DNA from: Bacteroidia bacterium | Lineage (GTDB): Bacteria > Bacteroidota > Bacteroidia > Bacteroidales > VadinHA17 | Direction of reading: 5' to 3' | Assembly (NCBI GenBank): GCA_026391215.1 | Contig: JAPLDX010000066.1 | Location: forward strand, 1 to 54,461 | DNA: 54,461 bases | Part shown: positions 38,151 through 46,534 of the stretch, in pieces | How positions within the stretch are numbered: position 1 is the first letter of the stretch | How the letters are laid out: every line of letters begins with the position of its first letter | Position numbers and translations under genes: made by a program | The notes under the pieces: generated by a model | The model's input: only the letters and a program-made list of their open reading frames with translations | The model's database searches: none | What the model was told of the DNA's origin: nothing

Positions 38151-38783
38151 ATGGGAAAAGGTGATAAAAAAACCAGAAGAGGAAAAATCATTATGGGATC
38201 CTATGGAATAAGACGCCCCAGGAAGAAAAAAAATAAACCAGCCATCAAACTTGCAGCACCGGTTAGAGAGATTGAACTGAAGGATAAGAAGCTATCAAAG
38301 GAGAAAAAGGAGACCAAACCTGTAAAGGAGATAAAGGAAGTTGTCGAAGTTCCTGTAGTAAAGGAAGCAGCACTCGTTGAAGAAAAGAAACACGAACATA
38401 AGCCCGCTAAAGAAATGAAAGGAGCTAAGGAACATAAGCCAGCCAAAGAGGCAAAAGACGTAAAAGAGCATAAACCGGAAAAGGAAGTTAAAGAGACTAA
38501 GGCTGAGAAACCCGTGAAAGAGGTTAAGAAGGAAAAAGCAGTCAAGGAAGTCAATAAAGCTCCGGCTGAGAAAAAAACAGCCAAACCTGTAAAGGCTGAA
38601 AAAGAAAAGAAGACAGTCACGGAATCAAAGCCGGCAAAAGGAAAGAAACCAGCTGAAAAGAAACCAGCTGAAAAGAAACCAGCTGAAAAGAAACCAGCTG
38701 AAAAGAAACCAGCCGAAAAGAAACCAGCCGAAAAGAAACCAGCTGAAAAGAAACCGGTGAAGGCTGCAAAACCAAAGAAATAA
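38151..38783 (+). CDS. thx: 30S ribosomal protein THX (bTHX/S31) with a long Lys/Glu/Pro/Ala-rich C-terminal extension
   Basis: N-terminus MGKGDKKTRRGKIIMGSYGIRRPRKKK matches the THX family. The remaining ~180 aa are low complexity. Confidence 0.88.
   Translation: MGKGDKKTRRGKIIMGSYGIRRPRKKKNKPAIKLAAPVREIELKDKKLSKEKKETKPVKEIKEVVEVPVVKEAALVEEKKHEHKPAKEMKGAKEHKPAKEAKDVKEHKPEKEVKETKAEKPVKEVKKEKAVKEVNKAPAEKKTAKPVKAEKEKKTVTESKPAKGKKPAEKKPAEKKPAEKKPAEKKPAEKKPAEKKPAEKKPVKAAKPKK
38643..38747 (+). repeat. In-frame 15-bp tandem repeat x7 encoding (KKPAE)7
   Basis: AAGAAACCAGCYGAA, seven units read directly. Confidence 0.97.
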
Positions 38784-38818
38784 TTTTGAGTTATAACTGC
38801 AGGCTACAGTGTTTGATT

Positions 38819-38883
38819 CCACCGCGGCAGGCTGGCTCCTTCGCTAAATTTGCCCACAGGGCAAATTTTTGACGCTCGGCCCC
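38819..38883 (-). ncRNA. Structured RNA or repeat element candidate (possibly Flavo-1-like)
   Basis: Perfect AAATTTGCCC-ACA-GGGCAAATTT hairpin (38846..38868) in GC-rich flanks that extend the pairing on the minus strand. The family name is from recollection only. Confidence 0.45.
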
Positions 38884-40476
38884 CTATTGTTTAACTACCA
38901 GCCACTTGTAATCATCAGGGTCGATCAATGCATTTATGATCACCGGCTCTTTCATTGAGAGCGCCTGAGCAACAGCTTTACGCATGCTTTCATCTGAATC
39001 AGCTTTAAGAACCCTTGATCCGAGGAATACATCAGAACCGAACAGGTCACCATGATATAGTACAGTTCCATAGGCTGGAAGATCTTTCCACGATTGTTTC
39101 AGTTTTATCAGGTTAAGTTCACCATCAGACAGTACTATGATGATTACGGGCAAGTTATACCTTCTGGCAGTTACTAATTCTCCTGCCGACATGAGGAAAC
39201 CTCCGTCACCTGTTATGCAGGCCACTGTGGATGCTGGTCTTGTAAGCCTGGCAGCAAGGGCTGCCGGAATGCCGAATCCCATTCCTGACCATCCGTTCGA
39301 CATTATGAAATTTCCCTTGCTTCCTGTTTTCCACATCTGACCGGCAAGGTGGACATGCGATCCAACATCAGCAGTAATAATTGAATCATCCGGCAATTCT
39401 TCCTGAAGGATCTTAAGTGCCATAACAGGTCCGAAATGATTTGTAAATCCCTCAAATACTAAGGATATCTCATCACGTATACCCATGACAGCAGCTTGCT
39501 CAAAGATCAAAGAACCTGCATTTAGTCCGGAAAGTATGCTGAACCACTCATCGGGCGGTCCTGTATACTGCAGAACATCATTGCCGGAAGGTAGGTCTGT
39601 TTCAGTTGTGTTAAAGTGGATGAGCGGCACATCAGGCATCCATGATTCATAATTATATTCAACAGGATCATATCCAAGGCCTATAATAAGGTCGGTCTTT
39701 TCAAAAATGTCGCCCAGATAATCACTTAATGCATGAAACAGAACGCCTGTATAAGAGGGGTGCTGCTCGGGTAACACTCCTTTTGCCATCGGGGTTATAA
39801 CGACAGGGATTTTATAAGTTTCAAGGAAAGAAAGCAATTGTGTCCTTATACCAAGCCGCATTGCCGTCAGCCCTATAGCTAGGAGAGGCCTTCGTGATTC
39901 AGCCAGGAGGGAGGCTATCTTCTCTGTATCATTATTGTGTTCCTGCATACTGGAATCAGAAAAAGTGCCTGATAAATCCTCCATCTCAATTCCGGCAATA
40001 TCAGACGGCAATCCTATATGAACCGGACCGGGATATTCTTCCCTGCAGATTTTGAACGCTTTATGCAAAACTTCCCCTGCGTTGCCGGCATTTAATCTGA
40101 AGGTAGCTTTTGTGATCGGTTCAAAGAGCTTCTGATGATTTATGTTCATCTGCGTTGTTCGGCATATCATGCGGTCATTGATCTCACTGGTCATTACAAT
40201 GACAGGAGATCTGTCAAGAAGAGCTCCGCCTATGCCGGTCGCAATATTGGTTGCACCGGGGCCAAAAGTTGCATGACATACACCCGGGAGACCTGAGAGC
40301 CTTGCTGATACATCTGCCATTATTCCTGCCGAAGCTTCATTTGAAGTAAGGATGAATTCAATTCCTGCATTTCTGAAAGCTTCCATATATGGTATAGAGG
40401 GACCTCCCGGTATGCCAAAGACATATTTTATGCCTTCCTTAAATAACTGACTTGCAATATAATCGGCTATTTTCAT
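38884..40476 (-). CDS. ThDP-binding enzyme, acetolactate synthase large-subunit-like
   Basis: VFGIPG, conserved Glu in NEASAG, TFGPGATN, GMGFGIP, GDGGF. Confidence 0.9.
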   Translation of the reverse strand: MKIADYIASQLFKEGIKYVFGIPGGPSIPYMEAFRNAGIEFILTSNEASAGIMADVSARLSGLPGVCHATFGPGATNIATGIGGALLDRSPVIVMTSEINDRMICRTTQMNINHQKLFEPITKATFRLNAGNAGEVLHKAFKICREEYPGPVHIGLPSDIAGIEMEDLSGTFSDSSMQEHNNDTEKIASLLAESRRPLLAIGLTAMRLGIRTQLLSFLETYKIPVVITPMAKGVLPEQHPSYTGVLFHALSDYLGDIFEKTDLIIGLGYDPVEYNYESWMPDVPLIHFNTTETDLPSGNDVLQYTGPPDEWFSILSGLNAGSLIFEQAAVMGIRDEISLVFEGFTNHFGPVMALKILQEELPDDSIITADVGSHVHLAGQMWKTGSKGNFIMSNGWSGMGFGIPAALAARLTRPASTVACITGDGGFLMSAGELVTARRYNLPVIIIVLSDGELNLIKLKQSWKDLPAYGTVLYHGDLFGSDVFLGSRVLKADSDESMRKAVAQALSMKEPVIINALIDPDDYKWLVVKQ

Positions 40477-40594
40477 AATTTGTTAACTCAGGAACAAATC
40501 TATTAAATAAAATCATCAAAACTGCACATCAGAGCAATTGGTATGTTGTGGAAAAACAATTTTTTTTCTGATATTTGCCGCCATATTATAATCA

Positions 40595-41503
40595 GTGGAC
40601 AAGAAAGACAACACAATATTCTGGGCAATAATTGCCTGTCTGTTATGGTCTACAGTATATGCCGGTATTAAGATTGGTCTGCAATATGATACTCCCCTTC
40701 ATTTCGCAGGAATTCGTTTTATCATTTCAGGGCTGATGATCCTGCCTTTCACGGTCAGGCCGGGTATTTATTTCAGGATGATCAAAGAACACTGGAAAAT
40801 TGTTGTCTGGGTTATCCTGCTCCAGATACTGATCAATTATATTCTTTTTTATCTTGGAATGGATCTTGTTCCGGGATCTCTTGGTGCTGTCATTGTAGGA
40901 TCTCAGCCGCTGGTTACAGCCCTCGTTGCTTCAATGATGCATGAAGAAGATCCGCTGACAAAAAGGAAAATGATTACAATCGCATTGGGCATTATCGGAG
41001 TAATACTCATCAGTGCAGGTCGTCAGGCTCTAAAGCTTGGAGGTGCTATCGAGCTCCTTGGCGTATTTATGATCCTTGGAGCTAATATAGCCACTGCTAC
41101 CAGCAATGTAATGGTTTCACTGAAAAGCAAGGGAATGAATCCTCTCGTTCTCAGTTCAGCATCATTTTTTATCGGAGGCATAATAATTTTTCTGATATCA
41201 ATGCCTTTCGAAACAGCGCCACAGACTAAAATGCCTGCTGAATACTGGCTGACACTGATCTGGCTAAGCTTCGTCAGCGCATTTGCCTTTTCGTTGTGGT
41301 TCAAGCTCCTTCAGAGACCTTCTGTGAAAGTATCTGAACTGAACCTCTGGAAATTCATTATTCCGGTTGCAGGTGCAATTCTCAGCTGGATACTGGTCCC
41401 GGGAGAAAAGCCTGAGTGGCTGACTATTGCCGGTATGATAATTATAACCTCTTCGCTGATCGGGTTTTATAAGAATGGCAGTAAACCTTATTTGAGACAA
41501 TGA
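40595..41503 (+). CDS. DMT/EamA-family transporter
   Basis: Ten TM helices in two EamA repeats; GTG start. Confidence 0.9.
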   Translation: MDKKDNTIFWAIIACLLWSTVYAGIKIGLQYDTPLHFAGIRFIISGLMILPFTVRPGIYFRMIKEHWKIVVWVILLQILINYILFYLGMDLVPGSLGAVIVGSQPLVTALVASMMHEEDPLTKRKMITIALGIIGVILISAGRQALKLGGAIELLGVFMILGANIATATSNVMVSLKSKGMNPLVLSSASFFIGGIIIFLISMPFETAPQTKMPAEYWLTLIWLSFVSAFAFSLWFKLLQRPSVKVSELNLWKFIIPVAGAILSWILVPGEKPEWLTIAGMIIITSSLIGFYKNGSKPYLRQ

Positions 41504-43335
41504 AGAAAAGATTCATAGCACTTCTATCTTATTTACTTTTCTGGCTTGTATTCTTCATCATTGCCAGGCTCTTTTTTATTACCACACATTATAGTGAAGC
41601 TTTTCAGTTCAACCTGGGATCCCTGGCTGCAACATTCCTTCATGGGATCAAACTCGATATTTCCGTAACAGGTTACATTCTCATCCTCCCGATGCTCCTC
41701 ATGATCCCCGGTATATACTTCAACGGGACCTGGTTCCGGCGTTTCTTGAAATGGTATACCTGTCTGATAATTCTGATCTCCTCAATTATTGTTGTTTCTG
41801 ACACTTTACTGTACAAATACTGGGGCTTCCGGATGGATTACACAGCATTGCAGTACCTGAATACTCCGAAAGAGGTTGTGGCAAATGTCACTGCTTTTCA
41901 GATTGCTATGGTAGCTCTTACAGTGATGCTGATCTCATTTATTTTTATTTGGTTGTATATAAAACTTATAGACAGGTTGTTTGACGGTTTTGACCGGGCT
42001 AGGATATGGCCTGTTGCCATGTTGATCTTTACCATCCTCTTTTGTGCTCTTATAATCCCCATCAGGGGAGGCGTTGGTATAGCCCCTATAAACGCAGGTA
42101 CTGTGTATTTCAGTGATGACATGTTCCTCAATCACACGGCAATCAATGTGACATGGAATGTCGGAAGCTCGGTTATCAATAAGAAACCTGTCGACAATCC
42201 TTATAAATATGGTGATCTCAATTCAGCAAAGGAACTTGTGGACTCGCTGACGGTAAAAAGCGGGACAACTGTGAAGATACTTAGCAATAACAGGCCTAAT
42301 ATTCTCTTCATTGTCCTTGAAAGTTTCGGAAGCGCTCTGGTTGGTCCGCTGGGCGGAGATTCACTCACTACCCCGTGCCTCAACAGGTATATTGATGAAG
42401 GAGTGCTTTTTACAAATTTCTATGCTTCAGGCAATCGTACCGATAAGGCTATGCCGGCAATCCTGAATGGTTATCCGGCTCAGCCTTCTGTCTCAATAAT
42501 GAAAGAACCGAAAAAGACACAGGCACTTCCCGGAATAGTCAAAATGATGAACGGACTGGGCTATCAAAGCGAATTCTGGTATGGAGGGGATATCAATTTT
42601 GCGAACTTCAATTCATTTATCATCAGTTCCGGTTTCAGCAGCATAATTACTAAAGACAATTTCAACCCGGAAGACTATAATTCCAAATGGGGAGTTCATG
42701 ACAATGTTCTCATTAAAACCCTTACAGATTCAATGAAGAGTGTAAGGGAACCATTCCTGAAAGTAGTTCTTACACTTTCAAGCCATGAGCCTTTTGAAGT
42801 ACCTATGGACCCTGTCTTTAAAGGTAATGATGACCTGACAAAATTCAGAAACTCAGTATATTACACGGATAAGACAATCGGTTCGTTCCTCGACTGGGCA
42901 AAAGGAACGGACTGGTGGAAAAACACCCTGGTTATTCTTGTCGCGGATCACTGCCGCAGGAATTCAGTTGAAGTGCTGGCTTATTCTGAGGATATATTCA
43001 GGATACCAATGCTCTGGCTGGGAGGCGCTCTGGCAACACATGATATTGAAATAGAAAAATTCGGGAGCCAGGTCGATATACCGCTGACATTATTGCATCA
43101 GCTTGATCTGGATGACAATTATCCGTTTGGAAAGGACCTTTTATCCCGGGAATCAAACTCATTTGCGTTTTATACATTCAATGAGGGATTTGCATTTATT
43201 ACCGACAGCTCAAAATATTTCTACGATCATAAGCTCGGTGCTCCTGTTGCCGAAGAGGGTGAAGATCCGGCATCAGCAGGCATGCTGGGTAAAGCTTACC
43301 TTCAGGTCCTGTACGATGATTTCCTGAATAGATAA
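41500..43335 (+). CDS. LTA-synthase/MdoB-family phosphoglycerol transferase-like protein (sulfatase fold)
   Basis: About 5 N-terminal TM helices; PNILFIVLESF, catalytic Thr in GNRTD, TLSSHEPF, VADH. Confidence 0.9.
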   Translation: MKKRFIALLSYLLFWLVFFIIARLFFITTHYSEAFQFNLGSLAATFLHGIKLDISVTGYILILPMLLMIPGIYFNGTWFRRFLKWYTCLIILISSIIVVSDTLLYKYWGFRMDYTALQYLNTPKEVVANVTAFQIAMVALTVMLISFIFIWLYIKLIDRLFDGFDRARIWPVAMLIFTILFCALIIPIRGGVGIAPINAGTVYFSDDMFLNHTAINVTWNVGSSVINKKPVDNPYKYGDLNSAKELVDSLTVKSGTTVKILSNNRPNILFIVLESFGSALVGPLGGDSLTTPCLNRYIDEGVLFTNFYASGNRTDKAMPAILNGYPAQPSVSIMKEPKKTQALPGIVKMMNGLGYQSEFWYGGDINFANFNSFIISSGFSSIITKDNFNPEDYNSKWGVHDNVLIKTLTDSMKSVREPFLKVVLTLSSHEPFEVPMDPVFKGNDDLTKFRNSVYYTDKTIGSFLDWAKGTDWWKNTLVILVADHCRRNSVEVLAYSEDIFRIPMLWLGGALATHDIEIEKFGSQVDIPLTLLHQLDLDDNYPFGKDLLSRESNSFAFYTFNEGFAFITDSSKYFYDHKLGAPVAEEGEDPASAGMLGKAYLQVLYDDFLNR

Positions 43336-43366
43336 GAAAGACCGAACACAGCACGCAGTTTTTTCT

Positions 43367-43374
43367 TAAATTTG
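43367..43374 (+). promoter_or_regulatory. -7 promoter element directly before a start codon (possible leaderless mRNA)
   Basis: TAAATTTG ends 4 bp before ATG 43379. Confidence 0.5.
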
Positions 43375-43378
43375 TTAC

Positions 43379-44686
43379 ATGGAGCCTCTTGAGGTTAAAA
43401 TATTTACCAGGCAGAGTACATCCCGGCTGAGATATATTGCAGGAATAGTCCTGGATGACATACTTGGACTGAAATGGGAGGTCGTGACCGATAAGCGTAA
43501 GCTGGGCAAGCATCCTGTAATTAACTATTCATCTGAAGCTATAACCGGCTCTTTCAGGATCGTTCCTGATCCGCTGTTATTTGAGACAGGTGTAAGTCAA
43601 AGGGAGATAACTGTGAGCGAATGGAAGAGCTTGCCGGTATTCTTTCAGACTGACCCCCTGTCGGATCTGCCATTTGATATATTCGCCGCATCATTCTATA
43701 TGGTAACCCGGTATGAAGAATACCTTGAATTTCAGCCTGATGACCATGGACGTTTCAAGGCATCATCTTCCCTGGCTTTTAAAAACGGATTTCTTGGAAT
43801 CCCGATTGTTGACCTCTGGGCTAAGGAATTTGCAAAAACATTATTAAGGAAATTTCGAACAATTGCATTCAGGCGCAATGAGTTTAAGTCACTTCTTACG
43901 GTTGATATAGACATTCCGTTTGCATATCTGGGACGGAACCTCTTCAGAAGCTTCGGAGGGCTTGTCCGCGACTTTACCATGAAGAAAGGCAATGCAGCTG
44001 ACCGTTATCAGGTAGTATCAAAAGAGAAGAAAGATCCATATGAGGTATTTGATTATATCGTTGAAAAAATTGAAACCAGTAATACAGATGTCAGATTTTT
44101 CTTATCGGTGGGCGATTATTCAAAATACGACAAGAATCCATCCTGGAAAAATAATGAATACAGGGAGCTTATAAAAAAGATTGCCGCCAAATTCAATATC
44201 GGACTGCATCCCTCATATTATGCAGCAGGGAAATATTCAATGCTGGAAGAAGAGATGGCACACTTAAAGACGATCCTTGCCAGGGAAGTAATTGCGAGCC
44301 GCTTCCATTTTTTACGGCTGTTCACTCCTGGTTCATATAGGAACCTGCTAAAAGCCGGGATCAAAGAGGATTATTCAATGTGCTATCATGATGAACCAGG
44401 TTTCAGGGCAGGGATAGCGAGACCATATATGTTTTATGATGTTATTGAAGAGAAGCAGACGGACTTTAAGATCGTGCCTTTCCAGGTGATGGACGTCACG
44501 CTTTACGAGTATAAAAACCTTGATCCGGCTGCTTCAAAGGAGTTGATTTTCAAACTGATAAATGAAACCAGGAAAGTCGGGGGATTGTTCGTGAGTCTAT
44601 GGCACAATACCTCATTGCTTGAAAGCCCTGAATGGAAGGGGTGGAGAGAAACGTTTGAATCAATGTTACACGAACAACAGGCATGA
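43379..44686 (+). CDS. Polysaccharide deacetylase-like protein
   Basis: FDIFAASFY..RYEEY, TVDID, IGLHPSY, SRFHFLR, GFRAG, LWHN. Confidence 0.8.
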   Translation: MEPLEVKIFTRQSTSRLRYIAGIVLDDILGLKWEVVTDKRKLGKHPVINYSSEAITGSFRIVPDPLLFETGVSQREITVSEWKSLPVFFQTDPLSDLPFDIFAASFYMVTRYEEYLEFQPDDHGRFKASSSLAFKNGFLGIPIVDLWAKEFAKTLLRKFRTIAFRRNEFKSLLTVDIDIPFAYLGRNLFRSFGGLVRDFTMKKGNAADRYQVVSKEKKDPYEVFDYIVEKIETSNTDVRFFLSVGDYSKYDKNPSWKNNEYRELIKKIAAKFNIGLHPSYYAAGKYSMLEEEMAHLKTILAREVIASRFHFLRLFTPGSYRNLLKAGIKEDYSMCYHDEPGFRAGIARPYMFYDVIEEKQTDFKIVPFQVMDVTLYEYKNLDPAASKELIFKLINETRKVGGLFVSLWHNTSLLESPEWKGWRETFESMLHEQQA

Positions 44687-45588
44687 TCGTCCATTTGAAA
44701 CACGATGAAATAGACAGGGAGAAATGGGATAATTGCGTCAGTAATTCTCCCGGAACAAAACCCTATGGCTATTCATGGTATCTCGATATCATGACGCCGG
44801 ACTGGGAAGCGCTTGTTGATGATGACTATGTTTCAGTTTTCCCATTACCTGTGTTTAAAAAATATGGAATACGTTACATTACCACACCGGTATTCCTTCA
44901 GCAGCTTGGAGTCTATTCAGGGGATATTCTAACCCCTCAGGCTGTCAATGAATATCTCGAGAAAATACCTGATTCTTACAGGTTTATAGATCTTTGTATT
45001 CGTCAGCAAATTAACCATCCGGGATTTATCACTACTGCCAGGACAGATTACATGCTGGATCTGTCAACTGACTATGAAATTTTGTACAAGAATTTCTCGC
45101 GTAACTGCAAAAGAAACATTACTGCCTCGTTGCAAAATAAACCAGAGCTTGCTAAGGACGTAAAACCAGATGAACTTGTCAGATTGTTCCTTTCAAACAA
45201 AGGGAAAGATATTAAAGATATTAAGCTGTGGCATTATAAACGTCTTGAAAACCTGATGGAATACTGTGTCATGAGCAAACAGGGAAGAATCATCGGTGTC
45301 AGGAATGAATTGAAAGAACTGATATTCGGACTGTTTTTTATCGAGATCAATCTCAGTAAGACCATGATATTCCTGGTGAATACTAATGAGAGCAATAATA
45401 AAAGGATCGGGCACTTTATTTATAATGAATTGATAAAAGAATCTGCGGGATCCGGAGCTTTTTTTGATTTTGCCGGATCATCAATTCCTTCAATAGCACT
45501 TTTCATGGAGTCTTTCGGAAGCAGGAATTTTCCTTATTACAGGATTTACAGGAACAGGCTTCAATGGCCGATCAGGATCTTTAAATAA
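44683..45588 (+). CDS. GNAT/FemAB-like acyltransferase-fold protein
   Basis: IDREKWD, SWYLD, QQLG, FSRNCKRNI, FDFAGSSIPSIA..SFG. Confidence 0.65.
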   Translation: MIVHLKHDEIDREKWDNCVSNSPGTKPYGYSWYLDIMTPDWEALVDDDYVSVFPLPVFKKYGIRYITTPVFLQQLGVYSGDILTPQAVNEYLEKIPDSYRFIDLCIRQQINHPGFITTARTDYMLDLSTDYEILYKNFSRNCKRNITASLQNKPELAKDVKPDELVRLFLSNKGKDIKDIKLWHYKRLENLMEYCVMSKQGRIIGVRNELKELIFGLFFIEINLSKTMIFLVNTNESNNKRIGHFIYNELIKESAGSGAFFDFAGSSIPSIALFMESFGSRNFPYYRIYRNRLQWPIRIFK

Positions 45589-45591
45589 AGT

Positions 45592-46308
45592 TTAGAGTTT
45601 TTCCAGCTCTATTTCCTCATCAAGCTTCACTTCATTGAGCCTCTCATTTTCACACTTGACAGTGCGGGCAGGAAATTTCTTGAGAAGAGTGTAATTATGA
45701 GTGGCAACTACGACAGCTCTCCCGGTCTTGCTTATATCTATCAGAAGCTTTATGATTCCCTCTGAAGTCTCCGGATCCAGATTTCCGGTTGGTTCATCAG
45801 CCAGGATGATATCCGGATCATTAAGAAGTGCCCTTCCGATAACAACTCTCTGCTGCTCACCCCCTGAAAGCTGATGAGGCATTTTATAACCTTTCAGCCC
45901 GAGACCCACCTTTTCAAGAACATCACCAATCCGTGCATTTATTTCATTCTTGTTTTTCCATCCTGTTGACTTAAGAACAAACTCAAGATTGTCATGCACC
46001 GACCTGTCGATCAGAAGCTGGAAGTCCTGGAAAACTATTCCAAGCTTTCTGCGAAGCATCGGAACATCCTTTGTTCTTAGCTTTAAAAGATTAAAGCCTG
46101 CAACAACGCCTGTACCCTCTTTAAGAGGTATCTGGGCATTAATTGTTTTTATGAGGCTTGTTTTTCCGCTTCCAACCCTGCCTACAAGGTACATGAACTC
46201 ACCTTTTCTTACACTTAGACTCACATTTGACAGAACCAGGTGATCATGCTGCCAGATAAGGCAATCTTTCAGATCAATAATCACATCCAAGGGTAGAACC
46301 TCCTGCAT
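45592..46308 (-). CDS. ftsE: Cell-division ABC ATPase FtsE
   Basis: GRVGSGKT, LRRKLGIVFQDFQLL, LSGGEQQR, ILADEPTGNLD. Confidence 0.85.
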   Translation of the reverse strand: MQEVLPLDVIIDLKDCLIWQHDHLVLSNVSLSVRKGEFMYLVGRVGSGKTSLIKTINAQIPLKEGTGVVAGFNLLKLRTKDVPMLRRKLGIVFQDFQLLIDRSVHDNLEFVLKSTGWKNKNEINARIGDVLEKVGLGLKGYKMPHQLSGGEQQRVVIGRALLNDPDIILADEPTGNLDPETSEGIIKLLIDISKTGRAVVVATHNYTLLKKFPARTVKCENERLNEVKLDEEIELEKL

Positions 46309-46534
46309 TTCCGGATTTTTATGTGCAAAATAAAGAAAGAATTGATAAATAACATTTGGATGTTGATAAAATCAATAATAAAGCCCGGTTGCTGGCGTTT
46401 AATAATTGTAATTTTACAACTGATTTTAAAAATATAAATGTGTTATATATGGCTATCTATTAATCTGTTATGAATCAAATAAAATCTCAGGAAACAAAAC
46501 GGATCTAAAAGAGAAAAGCCAAAAGAAACAAGTT

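Noticed and set aside
38201-38822. Antisense ORFs 38201..38620 and 38625..38822 (Phe/Ser/Trp-rich)
   Set aside because: They are shadows of the low-complexity THX tail.
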